DNA of 64,000 nt from Roseibacillus sp. Lineage in GTDB: Bacteria; Verrucomicrobiota; Verrucomicrobiia; Verrucomicrobiales; Akkermansiaceae. Of the stretch, positions 18,901 to 28,174 are shown piece by piece (the stretch's first letter is position 1; every line of letters starts with the position of its first letter). The stretch is from the NCBI GenBank assembly GCA_051251855.1, contig JBPOGI010000001.1:256001-320000 (forward strand). Reading direction: 5' to 3'. Below the pieces are notes generated by a model, which made no database searches, was not told the origin of the DNA, and saw only the letters and a program-made list of their open reading frames with translations. Made by a program: the position numbers and the translations under genes.

Positions 18901-20534
18901 TTGACCAAGTAGATCTGACCGCTGCGCTCGGTGACCACGAGCTTACTCGTGTCTCCAGACAAATGCTCCAGACAAGTGGGCTGACTAAAAGTGATTCCCG
19001 GGAAGGCATCAGGAAAAGAAAACCCTCCAGAGGGAGCCTCTAACGGAAAGCTCAGAGTGTCACCATAGGACTCTTTGTTGCCATTATTGGCGATTACAGT
19101 GACTTCGCCGGAATACAAGTTGTTGTCCAAGTCCTCCACGGAATAGGCAAAGACATCGTTTCCCACGCAGCCCCCTTGAACATACTCAATGGTTCCATCG
19201 ACTTGAACCGAAGCCGTGCCTTCCGTTGGTGGAGTGGTCACTTGCAAGGTGGTGAGATCCCAGTTTCCGGTATCGTTGCTCAAGACATCCAAAAAAGTAG
19301 TCGAGGAAGTGATGACGTTGAACAAGTCGTCAACAACGCCGGGGGGAGAGGAGGAAGACAATTCAATGGTCGCCTGCAAGGCGGTTTCGTCTCCACCAAA
19401 GTGACTATTATTGCCGACGACAAAGCTAATGGTGTCACCCGCAGCCACGACGACATTCGAAAGCAAGAAGGTTCCGTCAACCTCGAAGAGTCTTCCTGCC
19501 GAACCTGTCGCCGAGAATAAGCTCGTTGAGTTATGATAGACACTGACTGCGACAGAGTTGCCACCGTTTCCGCTCGTTCCTCCCTGCAAATCCCGGAAGC
19601 TCCCTGCGATCTCCGCATTGACCCCATTGGCAATATCCGCTGCCGAAATCGTATAGCGTGCAATGATGAAGGCGTCGTCCGAGTCATTACCTGGTTGAAT
19701 GAGCAAGTCGGTTCCCGCGACGCCGCTGTGTCCGGCGCTCGAATACAGCCGGTAAGGACTTCCACTGCCGAGAATGGAAGCCGAATCAACATCACCTGCT
19801 CCTCCGAACCCGATATTTGCCGAATCCCCAACAGATTGATTAGCCGCCAAAGCCGCCTCGGTGCCACCTGAGGCGGCGGTCGCTTCGAAATACTGCCAGC
19901 CTGTAGGAAAAGTAGCAGCGTCAATATAGTCCGCTGCCGTATCCGCCACGATGACCGGTCCCGTTGGCGGCACGAAAGTCTCCCGAAGCTGATAGCCGGT
20001 CAGTCGGACTCCTTGTCTGCTGGATGTGACGACCAGATTTTGGCTGGTGGAGTTTGCAGTAAAGGTGCCTATTGCGTAGTCATTACCGTTCAGAACATTG
20101 TCTCCTGTCCCAGTCAAAGTCATGGTCCGCTGAGGGCTCGCATTGAAGCCTCCATCATCGGCGTACCAGACCTGCACCCGATAGCTGGTGCCGCTGTCCA
20201 CTGAGAGTGGAATGGTTACTGAAGTTTCGCCGTTGGGAGTAAAATCAAGATCCCCGAGAAACACATCGTAATCGCTGTTGCCGGTAACGAGAGAAAAGAA
20301 GTCGCCGTTGTTGTCGTTTGTGAGGCTGTTGTTTTCGGCAAAGTCGATGCCAGCGATTGTGACCACAGAAGGAGCACCCGTTCCCGAGAAGTTTTGCGCC
20401 GTGATGAAGGTCCCGGTTGAATCAATGTCGTTGACATCAGCAATGTCCGAAGTGGTCCAGTCAATGGTCGCTGCGTTTGTTTGAATAGCGAGAAGGCATA
20501 GTGCCGAAAATCCTGAAAAAGGGTTGAGGGTCAT
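15903..20534 (-). CDS. Large secreted protein: N-terminal beta-sandwich domains, Ig-like repeat, glucose/sorbosone (PQQ-type) dehydrogenase propeller, two heme-c motifs, cadherin-like domain
   Basis: AFHPDFANNRYFYV, FGPDGYLYIAVGD, GFRNPWK motifs; CRTCH (17181-17195) and CSYCH (16941-16955); YSIVGGN...LDFE cadherin pattern. Confidence 0.85.
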   Translation of the reverse strand: MTLNPFSGFSALCLLAIQTNAATIDWTTSDIADVNDIDSTGTFITAQNFSGTGAPSVVTIAGIDFAENNSLTNDNNGDFFSLVTGNSDYDVFLGDLDFTPNGETSVTIPLSVDSGTSYRVQVWYADDGGFNASPQRTMTLTGTGDNVLNGNDYAIGTFTANSTSQNLVVTSSRQGVRLTGYQLRETFVPPTGPVIVADTAADYIDAATFPTGWQYFEATAASGGTEAALAANQSVGDSANIGFGGAGDVDSASILGSGSPYRLYSSAGHSGVAGTDLLIQPGNDSDDAFIIARYTISAADIANGVNAEIAGSFRDLQGGTSGNGGNSVAVSVYHNSTSLFSATGSAGRLFEVDGTFLLSNVVVAAGDTISFVVGNNSHFGGDETALQATIELSSSSPPGVVDDLFNVITSSTTFLDVLSNDTGNWDLTTLQVTTPPTEGTASVQVDGTIEYVQGGCVGNDVFAYSVEDLDNNLYSGEVTVIANNGNKESYGDTLSFPLEAPSGGFSFPDAFPGITFSQPTCLEHLSGDTSKLVVTERSGQIYLVNDIDSASPSRSLLLDIPNVRTSTFAGLRGVAFHPDFANNRYFYVGYDSTVGFGGAPDSIRISRFTANANDLNEASSATEVILHQARTGDGSGQGIHRINRMLFGPDGYLYIAVGDDGNFTGPAHTQRIDDDIWSSVLRIDVDKKAGNYEPANLDGVTLNGGLAYYSIPADNPYVDQNFTDGRGVTTFNGQAIPTGNAYEVRTEMYCVGFRNPWKIGFVPNTGELWVADDGAAGYEKLSIMPPGGNAGWGYFEGTDPGVLQLGSNRYSGPFFDPPAGVDFIQPVMQYLRPGSNDTGGVKSIIGGAFYQSTDIPVLAGAYVFADYTSGEIWYMHRPDHGDFQTVQRVAVGGDWGMDETGMTTSVLSTSSNFETKTYGASSPVRIGSEGGIVAMETDPGDGSILMLDYGGQIRRITFDVDDGSLPQTLTETGAFSNVATLTPSAAVVPYDLNLRFWSDHADKTRFFALKEATDMVTYSEDGLWEAPAGGVWVKHFDMDLNLQNPGTNVQRLETRFIVKTEDDFYAVSYRWNTAQTEATLADASGESIPLPTITEADGSTRSQPNWFIPSRGECRTCHTNDNGVMLGFNTRQQNRPGSLGGVSGNLLELLYETGYLDKGAGAAPVAANLPKFYTPDDVSVNLEERVRSYLAVNCSYCHYEGTTEISVGDTWKGDPNLSIEETNLLHGEGIGFAVADSTDRFVIPGNPNKSMILSLASASNGYTRMPPIATEIIDQEGVTLITDWINNYANAKPTLDAAAGPYAVIENSTSGTVVGAGPQVTDLDDPDPTRGTLTYSIVGGNEGSYYDINPLTGEIGLVQNGLDFEESPADVLSILVSDGFAPNPGEVMTTVNINVTDIPNDDSQGDGIHDEWALANLGSSAVNPAGDTDQDGSPEILEFWADSDPNDPASRGLTICPYEATTTPGNEGYSFEWIIRSDLTIGTDYIIQGSEDLNFSNLTIGTEFTLISSEPIANSPGPDLSRIRVKVPTTADRYFLRISNISP

Positions 20535-20825
20535 ATCAATGAGTTAGGGAGTTTTGAAACGGTCATTGGCCAGTTTGTGGGGAACATATGAATAACTGTG
20601 ACGTCTCGGCGCAGTTTGAGACTGTAAGTCGACAAAAGTCGAAGCCACGCGGGATGGCAGTTGGGTTAGGTCTGAATCTTCAACCATCACGGGTTTTTTA
20701 CGTTTGGGTTCAAAGAGTGGAGAAAATGTGGGTAATGCTCCTATTCTACGGCAATAAACGTAGTCGAGTAATGGGTGGGCATTAATGATTCGTCTTCAAT
20801 TAGGACGTTGACGAGATGGTGATCT

Positions 20826-20857
20826 AAAAACCGCAGCACCTGAATGGCACTGCGGTT
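20826..20857 (-). terminator. Probable terminator downstream of the PEP-CTERM gene
   Basis: AACCGCAG...CTGCGGTT stem with a T run on the minus strand. Confidence 0.6.
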
Positions 20858-20914
20858 CTTGAAAAATCGCCCTGCCATGATCGCAGCAGGGGAGTCTGAA
20901 ATTTTTCGAATCGT

Positions 20915-21577
20915 CTAGCGACGGCGGCGCAAGAGGCCGAGAAGACCAAGGCCTCCTAAGAGAGCTACGGATGGCTCAGGAATAGCACGCAACTGCATGG
21001 CCGTCATTCGAACTCCATTGTGGGTCGATGAGGTGATGATGTCGATGGAAGAGGAGTCTGCCTTGAAGGTAGCGGTGGTAAACTCTTCACCATTGATGGT
21101 GTTGTCTCCAGTCTGCGTAGAAGCAGGCGATCCACCAGTATTGACAATGCTGATCGTGATTTCTCGATTGCGAACTGCCCAGTTGTCATCAGCATACCAA
21201 TACTGAAAGACGTAGTCCTGACCAATCGAAAGTCCCGTTATGGTTGTCAAGGTGAGGTCACCAGTACCGTTTGTCTGATAATCGATATTGGACATCATTA
21301 GTTCATAGTCGCCTGTTCCGGCTCCGGACCATGAATCACCAGTGAACGAATTGCCCAGTAAGGTGGTGGAGGGAGTGAAAGTAACTCCATTGACAACTCG
21401 ATTAGCCGTGACGCCGTTTCCAGCACCATTGTAGGCCACTACCGTACTCCCGACGTTGTTCACGTCCGATGCTCCGGAGATTGCAGATGTTGACCACGAA
21501 ATAGTCGCCGCATTCGCGGACAAGGCAAGTCCTCCAAGCAGCAAGGAAGCGCAGCCTATTTTTATTTTCATTTTCAT
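20915..21577 (-). CDS. PEP-CTERM surface protein
   Basis: Signal peptide (SANA-ATI); C-terminal IPEPS + hydrophobic helix + RRRR. Confidence 0.93.
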   Translation of the reverse strand: MKMKIKIGCASLLLGGLALSANAATISWSTSAISGASDVNNVGSTVVAYNGAGNGVTANRVVNGVTFTPSTTLLGNSFTGDSWSGAGTGDYELMMSNIDYQTNGTGDLTLTTITGLSIGQDYVFQYWYADDNWAVRNREITISIVNTGGSPASTQTGDNTINGEEFTTATFKADSSSIDIITSSTHNGVRMTAMQLRAIPEPSVALLGGLGLLGLLRRRR

Positions 21578-21708
21578 TTTTTTATGTCCTAGCGAAAAGA
21601 CTTCGATCTCGAAGGTTCTTCACTAAGGGTTCTTGTTCGTTGTTAGGTAGGTTCACTTCAAAGTTTCAGCGCCATAAAGAAACTGAAACTGGTCAGAGAT
21701 GGTTTTCG

Positions 21709-24228
21709 TTAGTTAGGTGTCACAACGACTCGCCCAAAGAGTTTGTCGTCATTGGTGAGAGAGATTTTGCTGATGGTGATGGTTACTTCCTGCTCGCCAC
21801 CAGATGGAGTTCCCAAGCTTACTTGAGGGTCTCCGGTGTCGATGGATACCTGAGTGAAGCTTCCTGAAGTCAGAGTCTCGCTATACTCAAAAACGTGAGT
21901 CTCAGTGGCCGCAGCAGTATCCGCGCGAGTGTAGGTAAAGACGAAGTTGGCTCCCGAACCATCGGGAGTTTCCAGACAAATGGCCTCCTGAGGTTCTACC
22001 ACCAAATTAGGGTCAAAATCGACGCAAATGGCGGCCTGTAGGGCGGTTTCATCGGCTCCGAGGTGGCCATTGGCTCCGACCACAAAATCGATGGTGTCGC
22101 CCTCAGCGAAGGTGAGGCCGGTGATGTTGAAGGTGCCTTCCGCTTGAGTAAGCGCATTGGGCGTTGATTGGTTTCCAAGCGCTGCAAATTGACTGACTCC
22201 ATTGAGGAAAACTTCACTACTAACGGAATCGACGGCAGCGTTTCCCCCAATAATAAGCTCACGGAAGTTGCCGCTGATTGCGCCTGTGTTCGGGACCTGT
22301 CCGTTCACATCGTCCGCAGAAACGGTGTAACGGATAATGAGAAACTCATCGTTGTTACCTACTGCCCCAGGGTGAACGAGCAAATCGGTTCCAATCACTC
22401 CATCGTTCAGGTCACCATTCGCAAAGATTTCAAACTCGGCTGCTTCGTCAGTTTCCGTTCCATAGACTGAGGCTGTTCCATTACTAGATACGCCCACAAA
22501 TCCTTGGTAATCAGCAGCTGGATTTTGGTTGCCAACCCGACCCGCAGTGAGAGGGGTGAGGGCAGCTCCAGAAGCGGCAGTCGATCCAAAATAGCTCCAA
22601 CCAGAAGGAAGAACCGTCAAGTCTTCAACTAATCCGCCAGCAGCTGCGACGTAGTCAAGAGCGGCATCGGCAATGGCGACTTTTCCGGCTGAAATCGCAA
22701 AGACATCGACCGTGATGGTGACGGTAACAGTTTCAAAGCCATCGGTGACATCTACCGTGAAGGTATCATCAGTCGTAGTGCCGGCAGCAGGGAAATAGCC
22801 TACCTCAGTCGGAGTGAAGCTGATGGTGGCTCCATTCACGCTCACTCCGTCGGCTCCTGTAATCGTCAAAACGTCTCCGTCAGCATCTGTTGCCAGAGCG
22901 CTAGTGGTGAGAATGAGAGGAGTATTCTCAGGGGTGCTTTCGCCTGGTGCGTTGGCCACAGGAGGATCGTTTGTTCTGACCACAATATCGGCAGGATCAC
23001 TGAATGCATCACCCGCGCTATTTGAGACAAAGCAGTCGTAACTCCCAGAGTCGCTCTCTACCACCGAGGCGATAGTGAAAGTCGAGCTCGTCGCACCTAC
23101 AATATCTTCAAATCCACTACCGTCATCATAGGCCCACTGGTAGGCGAAAGGTTCATCTGTTCCATCAGCGATCACAGTCAGGGTTAAGGTCTCTCCCTCA
23201 ATCAATGTTTGTGAAGCCGGTTGGGTAGTAATGGTGGGCGGCTCAACGCTAACGGTGACTATCGCTGCCAAGCTAGTATCAGTTCCAAAGGCATTCGTGA
23301 TAACGCAATCATAGGATGCCGCGTCACTTACGATCACCGAAGCAATGTTGAAGGTCGCACTCGTTGCACCACTGATATCGACCAGATCCTTCCGCCATTG
23401 ATAGGTGAAGGGTTGGGTTCCGGTGACGCTCACGGCGAGGTCTAATGCTTCGCCTATGAAGAGGTCTTGATTGCCCGGGTCGGCGGTGATCGTGGGTGGA
23501 TCATTGAGCGGAGCGTCTCCAAGGTCGATGGAAGCGACTAGCGCAGTTTCATCACTGGCAAAATGGCCATTATTGAAGGCGACAAAGCTAATGGTGTCGC
23601 CTTCGGCCACAGCGGTTTCTACATTGAAGACTCCGCTGGGCAGGGTGCCGTCATTGTAGAGTCTGCTTAGCTCTCCAGTGGCTGAAAAGAGCGAACTGTC
23701 ATTCAACAAAACTTGCGCGACGATGGAGTTATTGCTGTTGGTGTTACTGTTTCCCTGCAGATCTCTGAAGCTACCCGTAATCGTGGCGTAGTCGCCATTC
23801 GTGATATCGGCAGCGGAAACTGTATAGCGCACGATGATGTATGCGGTTCCCGCATTGTTGCCAGGGTGAATGAGCAAATCATCGCCGACTACTCCAGCAT
23901 GCGCAGTCCCAAACAGTCCGTAATTTGTAGCGGTCCCAGCGATGCTGCCGAGGACATTTGGTGTCCCAGAACCTCCGGCCGTACTGCCAAAGCCGTTGTT
24001 GTCTTGATTCCCTACTCCAACATCAGCAGTCAATGGAACTTCCGTCCCACCTGAAGCGGCATCGGAGTAGACGTATTCCCATCCCGCAGGAGGAGCGGTG
24101 GGAGCCAATCCAGCGCCGATGCCTGGTGCCGTTTGATAGTCAGCAGCCGCATTGGCCACTTCTACCGCTTGAAGGTGGGCCCCGAGGAGGCCCACGACGA
24201 GAGTTGTGAGAATGGTTTTATGTTTCAT
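21709..24228 (-). CDS. Secreted protein with two copies of an unnamed beta-rich domain, two I-set-like Ig domains and an Ig-like/cadherin repeat
   Basis: Signal peptide from MKHKT; YQW...D.ASYDC and YQW...DSGSYDC Ig motifs; ATDADGD; internal repeat ending DETAL. Confidence 0.8.
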   Translation of the reverse strand: MKHKTILTTLVVGLLGAHLQAVEVANAAADYQTAPGIGAGLAPTAPPAGWEYVYSDAASGGTEVPLTADVGVGNQDNNGFGSTAGGSGTPNVLGSIAGTATNYGLFGTAHAGVVGDDLLIHPGNNAGTAYIIVRYTVSAADITNGDYATITGSFRDLQGNSNTNSNNSIVAQVLLNDSSLFSATGELSRLYNDGTLPSGVFNVETAVAEGDTISFVAFNNGHFASDETALVASIDLGDAPLNDPPTITADPGNQDLFIGEALDLAVSVTGTQPFTYQWRKDLVDISGATSATFNIASVIVSDAASYDCVITNAFGTDTSLAAIVTVSVEPPTITTQPASQTLIEGETLTLTVIADGTDEPFAYQWAYDDGSGFEDIVGATSSTFTIASVVESDSGSYDCFVSNSAGDAFSDPADIVVRTNDPPVANAPGESTPENTPLILTTSALATDADGDVLTITGADGVSVNGATISFTPTEVGYFPAAGTTTDDTFTVDVTDGFETVTVTITVDVFAISAGKVAIADAALDYVAAAGGLVEDLTVLPSGWSYFGSTAASGAALTPLTAGRVGNQNPAADYQGFVGVSSNGTASVYGTETDEAAEFEIFANGDLNDGVIGTDLLVHPGAVGNNDEFLIIRYTVSADDVNGQVPNTGAISGNFRELIIGGNAAVDSVSSEVFLNGVSQFAALGNQSTPNALTQAEGTFNITGLTFAEGDTIDFVVGANGHLGADETALQAAICVDFDPNLVVEPQEAICLETPDGSGANFVFTYTRADTAAATETHVFEYSETLTSGSFTQVSIDTGDPQVSLGTPSGGEQEVTITISKISLTNDDKLFGRVVVTPN

Positions 24229-24443
24229 GGGTATTGAAAAAGTGTCTGTCCACGCGTTGAGGTATTTAGACAGTGAAAATGGACGCATTTTTGGTCAATG
24301 CTGTCTGTCCTCTTTTTGGAGGACAAAAGTGGGAGGATCCCACTGAGAATAAGCCTTTTTCGATGCCCTAGTGAAGGCGTTCTCTTGATTTCTCTTTGCG
24401 ATCTGGGGTGAATCGGTAATTTGGTCGCAAGTTGTTGATTGAT

Positions 24444-26462
24444 ATGGTTCTCGCTCAAAAAAGAGGCTTTCGTGAGGCCTTCGTGGTTCAGAGGGCTCGT
24501 TGGTTTGTCTTGTGGCTGTCGTTTTTGGTGCAGCCCTTGGCTGGAAATGAGCCATCGACTTTGGACGAGCTTTCTTTGGACGAAATGGAGGGCCGCCTGC
24601 TGGAAATCGATTCTGAACTGGAAGAATTGGCCAATCTAACTTTGCGCACGGGGGTCGGCAATTTTGGGTGGTCTTCCAAGGGACATCACAGTGGGGAGAA
24701 CACCGAGTGGGTCCATATTGACCTCGAGGATGAAAGAACAGTGGATCAAATCGTGTTGGTTCCGGCGATTTGGCGGGACACTCATTTTGGGCCTCAAGCA
24801 GACGCCTTTCCGCGTGAATTCGAAGTTTTAGTGGGGCTGAATGGAGATCAAGAAGGAGAGGTGGTGGCTTCTTTTGGCCCGGAGGATAAAATATTTGCTC
24901 GTATCGCCCCACTCGTGATTCCCATTCCTCCGGTGACTGCCTCTTGGATTCGAGTGAGAGCGACTTCTCTTTCCCGAACCGCGGTGGGTGGGGGCTTCGC
25001 CTTTCGATTATCAGAAATCATGGTCTTTGGGGGAGAAGAGAACTGGGCCTTGCATCGACCAGTGGCAGTTTCGTCTACGAGGCGCTCACGGGTGCGTTAC
25101 TCTCTATTGGCAGAGGCCCTCGTCGATGGATTTTTGCCCTATGTGATCGATACCGCGCAAGGGGAGGCGAGCAGGGCTTGTGTGATTTTCTATCAGCGAG
25201 AGTTGAAAGCTTCGATTGAAACGGATCTGGGTGAGAGTGTTCCGGTTAATCAGATTCGACTGCACGCGGCCGACGTGAGCGAGAGTGTTCCTCAGATTCA
25301 GCATGCGGATTATGCCTTTCCAAAGCACTTGTTATTAGAAGGTGCTCATCAGGCGGACTTTTCGGATGCTTTCGAGCTACTCAACTTTAGGAGGGAAACG
25401 ATTTATAGCACGGGTCCTTTTGTCACGGTGCAGTTTCCCGAAATGACTTGTCGCTACGTGCGTATTTCGTTCTTAGAGGGGTATCGAAGCCCGGAAGCAA
25501 GGGATGTATGGAGGTGCGTGGGCTTTGCTGAGGTTGAGTTGTTTTCAAGGGGAAGCAACTTTCTACGGGGAAAAGAAATGAGTCTGAAAATTGGAAACGG
25601 CTCTCTTGAAGAAGGGGTCAATTTGGAAGGAGACCTCGCTGCCATGACTGATGGACGGAATCACTTTGGGAGTATCTTGCCCATCCGGAAGTGGGTGGAG
25701 CAACTGGGCAGGCGCCATGATTTGGAAGTGGAGCGACCCTTCGTGGAGGAAGAGCTTCGAAAGCGTTATGGTCGCCAAGAGTCGTTGTTAAAGTTTATGC
25801 GTGTGGCGGTCATTTTGCTGGCCATCGGCATTGTTCTTACTTTTCTGATCGACCGTATCCTTCGGATGAGGCAGGTCGCTCGCATCAAGAAACGCTTTGG
25901 CGCGGACTTGCATGACGAGGTGGGGGCGAACCTACACGCCATTGCTTTGCTCTCCGACATGATTCAGCAAAAGGTGAAAGATGAAGAGCTGTCTGACATG
26001 GTTGAGGAAGTGCGCACAATCTCATTAGAGACCACTGAGGCGACTCAACACTGCACGAGTATGTTAGAGGCGAAGGGCATTTGCGAGGATTTGGCTGGAG
26101 AGTTGAAAAGGGTAGCCGGAAGAATGCTTGTCGATTTGGATCATGAAATGGAAATCGAGGGAGAGGAGCACCTTCAACTCTTGAGTCCCAAGAGGAGGAT
26201 TGACCTTCTTCTTTTTTACAAAGAAAGCTTGGCCAACATCGTGCGACATTCCCAGGCAACAAAAGTGACGACACGAATTGCGGCCGACTCAAAGAATATC
26301 GATCTTGTGGTGAGCGATAACGGGGTGAGCTTTTTGGGAGGAATTCCCTCCTCGCTGCGTCGTCGTGCGCGCTTGGTGCGTGCTAAGGTCGAAATTTTGC
26401 GACCTGAGGGCGCGGGAACGAGTATCGCCTTGAAAACGAAAACCCGCAGATTTGCGATCTGA
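24444..26462 (+). CDS. Sensor histidine kinase (HisKA_3 type) with periplasmic discoidin/F5-8-like domains
   Basis: EWVHIDL, WIRV, RYVRI...FAEVELFS discoidin patterns; TM helix; H-box ADLHDEVGANL; KESLANIVRHS, SDNG; start codon uncertain. Confidence 0.88.
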   Translation: MVLAQKRGFREAFVVQRARWFVLWLSFLVQPLAGNEPSTLDELSLDEMEGRLLEIDSELEELANLTLRTGVGNFGWSSKGHHSGENTEWVHIDLEDERTVDQIVLVPAIWRDTHFGPQADAFPREFEVLVGLNGDQEGEVVASFGPEDKIFARIAPLVIPIPPVTASWIRVRATSLSRTAVGGGFAFRLSEIMVFGGEENWALHRPVAVSSTRRSRVRYSLLAEALVDGFLPYVIDTAQGEASRACVIFYQRELKASIETDLGESVPVNQIRLHAADVSESVPQIQHADYAFPKHLLLEGAHQADFSDAFELLNFRRETIYSTGPFVTVQFPEMTCRYVRISFLEGYRSPEARDVWRCVGFAEVELFSRGSNFLRGKEMSLKIGNGSLEEGVNLEGDLAAMTDGRNHFGSILPIRKWVEQLGRRHDLEVERPFVEEELRKRYGRQESLLKFMRVAVILLAIGIVLTFLIDRILRMRQVARIKKRFGADLHDEVGANLHAIALLSDMIQQKVKDEELSDMVEEVRTISLETTEATQHCTSMLEAKGICEDLAGELKRVAGRMLVDLDHEMEIEGEEHLQLLSPKRRIDLLLFYKESLANIVRHSQATKVTTRIAADSKNIDLVVSDNGVSFLGGIPSSLRRRARLVRAKVEILRPEGAGTSIALKTKTRRFAI

Positions 26463-26463
26463 G

Positions 26464-27117
26464 ATGAGCGAGGAAATTAGAATCATGTTGGTCGAGGACA
26501 GTGCCTCTTATGGGAGAGTGATTCAACGTGCGCTTAAGGGAGAGTCGAAGATTCAGGAAGTTGTTCAAGTGGGAACGGCTGAGATGGCTTTACGGAATTT
26601 AAACAACTCCAGTCAGGAACTTCCCGACCTTATCTTGTTAGATTTGTCTTTGCCTGGAATGAACGGTTTGGAAGCGATTCCGCTTTTTCGCCAGGCTAGC
26701 GAATTACCGAAGATTATTGTCCTGACCCAGTCAGATCGGGAAGAGGACGTGGTGAAAGCGATCTCACTCGGGGCGGTGGGGTATTTGATGAAGTCCTCGA
26801 CTTCTCGCCGAATCTCGGAAGCGGTGCATGCGGTGATGGATGGTGAAGCGGCCCTTGATCCGAGCGTGTCGAAGTATGTTCTCCATGCGCTTCAAAAGAA
26901 CCAACCACAGGTGGAGTTGAAGCAGGATCTTTCCGATCGAGAGATGGACACCCTTGTTCTGATGGCAGAAGGACTTTCTAGAAAAGAGATCGCGCAACGA
27001 ATGGGGATTGGGGTGACCACGGTAGTGACCAACATCAATCGCATCTATACGAAGATGGACGTGAACAATGCTCCTGCGGCAGTCAGCAAAGCCTATCGTA
27101 GTGGTTTGTTGGAATAG
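26464..27117 (+). CDS. NarL/LuxR family response regulator
   Basis: LVED, LLDLSLPGMNG, GYLMK receiver; LSDREMD...GLSRKEIA helix-turn-helix. Confidence 0.95.
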   Translation: MSEEIRIMLVEDSASYGRVIQRALKGESKIQEVVQVGTAEMALRNLNNSSQELPDLILLDLSLPGMNGLEAIPLFRQASELPKIIVLTQSDREEDVVKAISLGAVGYLMKSSTSRRISEAVHAVMDGEAALDPSVSKYVLHALQKNQPQVELKQDLSDREMDTLVLMAEGLSRKEIAQRMGIGVTTVVTNINRIYTKMDVNNAPAAVSKAYRSGLLE

Positions 27118-27156
27118 AAATTCGAGTTCGTTGGGCTTGAAGGCTTCGAGCGTTCG

Positions 27157-28092
27157 TTAACGCGATTGCTCCAGCATGCGGAGCAAGGATTCTTCCGCTT
27201 TGACGCGGACGTCTTCGGGGATCTCGACTTGAGGTTCGAGGTTTTCGAGACAGGCGTGCAGCTTCTCCAAGGTGTTCATCTTCATGTAGCGACAGTCGGC
27301 ACAGGCGCAGTTGTCGGTGGGACCGGCGATAAGATTCTTGTCAGGGCACTCTTTTTGCAGGCGGTGGAGCATGCCGGATTCGGTGACGACGATGATGTTT
27401 TTACTGGGCGCATTCTGACAGAAGCTGATCATCTTCTCCGTGGAGCAAACTTCGTCTGCGAGGAGACGAACGGCCTGGGTGCACTCGGGGTGCGCGACGA
27501 CGAGAGCGTCGGGATATTCTTCCTTAATCTTGTGGATGGAGTCGCGGGTAAATTCGACGTGGACGTAGCAATTGCCCTTCCAAAGATCCATTTTGCGGCC
27601 GGTCTGCTCGATGACCCATTGGCCGAGGTTTTCGTCGGGAACAAAGAGGATGGGGCGGTCGGCGGGAGCCTTCTCGACGATGAGAGTGGCGTTGCCGGAG
27701 GTGCAAATGACATCGCAGAGCGCTTTGACACCTGCTGAGCAGTTGATGTAGGCGATGACGTAGTAGTTCTTGTCTTTGTGTTCGGTGAGGTAGGCTTCCA
27801 GTTGGTCGGCGGGACAAGCTTGTTCCAAGGAGCAGCCGGCGTCCTTGTCGGGAAGGATGACCGTTTTATTGGGATTAAGAATTTTGGCAGTTTCAGCCAT
27901 GAAATGAACACCACAGAAGGCGATGACGTCGGCATCGGTTTCGCGTGCTTGGTAGGAGAGACCCAACGAGTCACCCACGTAGTCGGCGATATCTTGGATG
28001 GGGCCCACTTGATAGTTGTGGGCAAGGATGACGGCGTTCTTTTCTTTCTTGAGACGAAGGATGTCTTCGACGAGGTCCAGTGCTGCGGGCAT
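27157..28092 (-). CDS. nadA: Quinolinate synthase
   Basis: ILAHNYQ, GDSL, FCGVHFMAETAKIL, AGCSL, AHPEC, C.YMKMNTL motifs. Confidence 0.98.
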   Translation of the reverse strand: MPAALDLVEDILRLKKEKNAVILAHNYQVGPIQDIADYVGDSLGLSYQARETDADVIAFCGVHFMAETAKILNPNKTVILPDKDAGCSLEQACPADQLEAYLTEHKDKNYYVIAYINCSAGVKALCDVICTSGNATLIVEKAPADRPILFVPDENLGQWVIEQTGRKMDLWKGNCYVHVEFTRDSIHKIKEEYPDALVVAHPECTQAVRLLADEVCSTEKMISFCQNAPSKNIIVVTESGMLHRLQKECPDKNLIAGPTDNCACADCRYMKMNTLEKLHACLENLEPQVEIPEDVRVKAEESLLRMLEQSR

Positions 28093-28174
28093 GTGGGAGT
28101 TTACCGCGAGCAAAGAAGAGAGGATAGGCAATTCTTAGGAATGCCAAAGCGAGTTATTTAGCCTCTTAAAGCAT

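Noticed and set aside
20535..20914. Possible riboswitch in the 380 bp intergenic region
   Set aside because: No aptamer consensus recognised; only terminator-like hairpins
24295..24912. 205 aa minus-strand ORF
   Set aside because: Overlaps the histidine kinase on the opposite strand; Pro/Arg-rich with no recognisable domain
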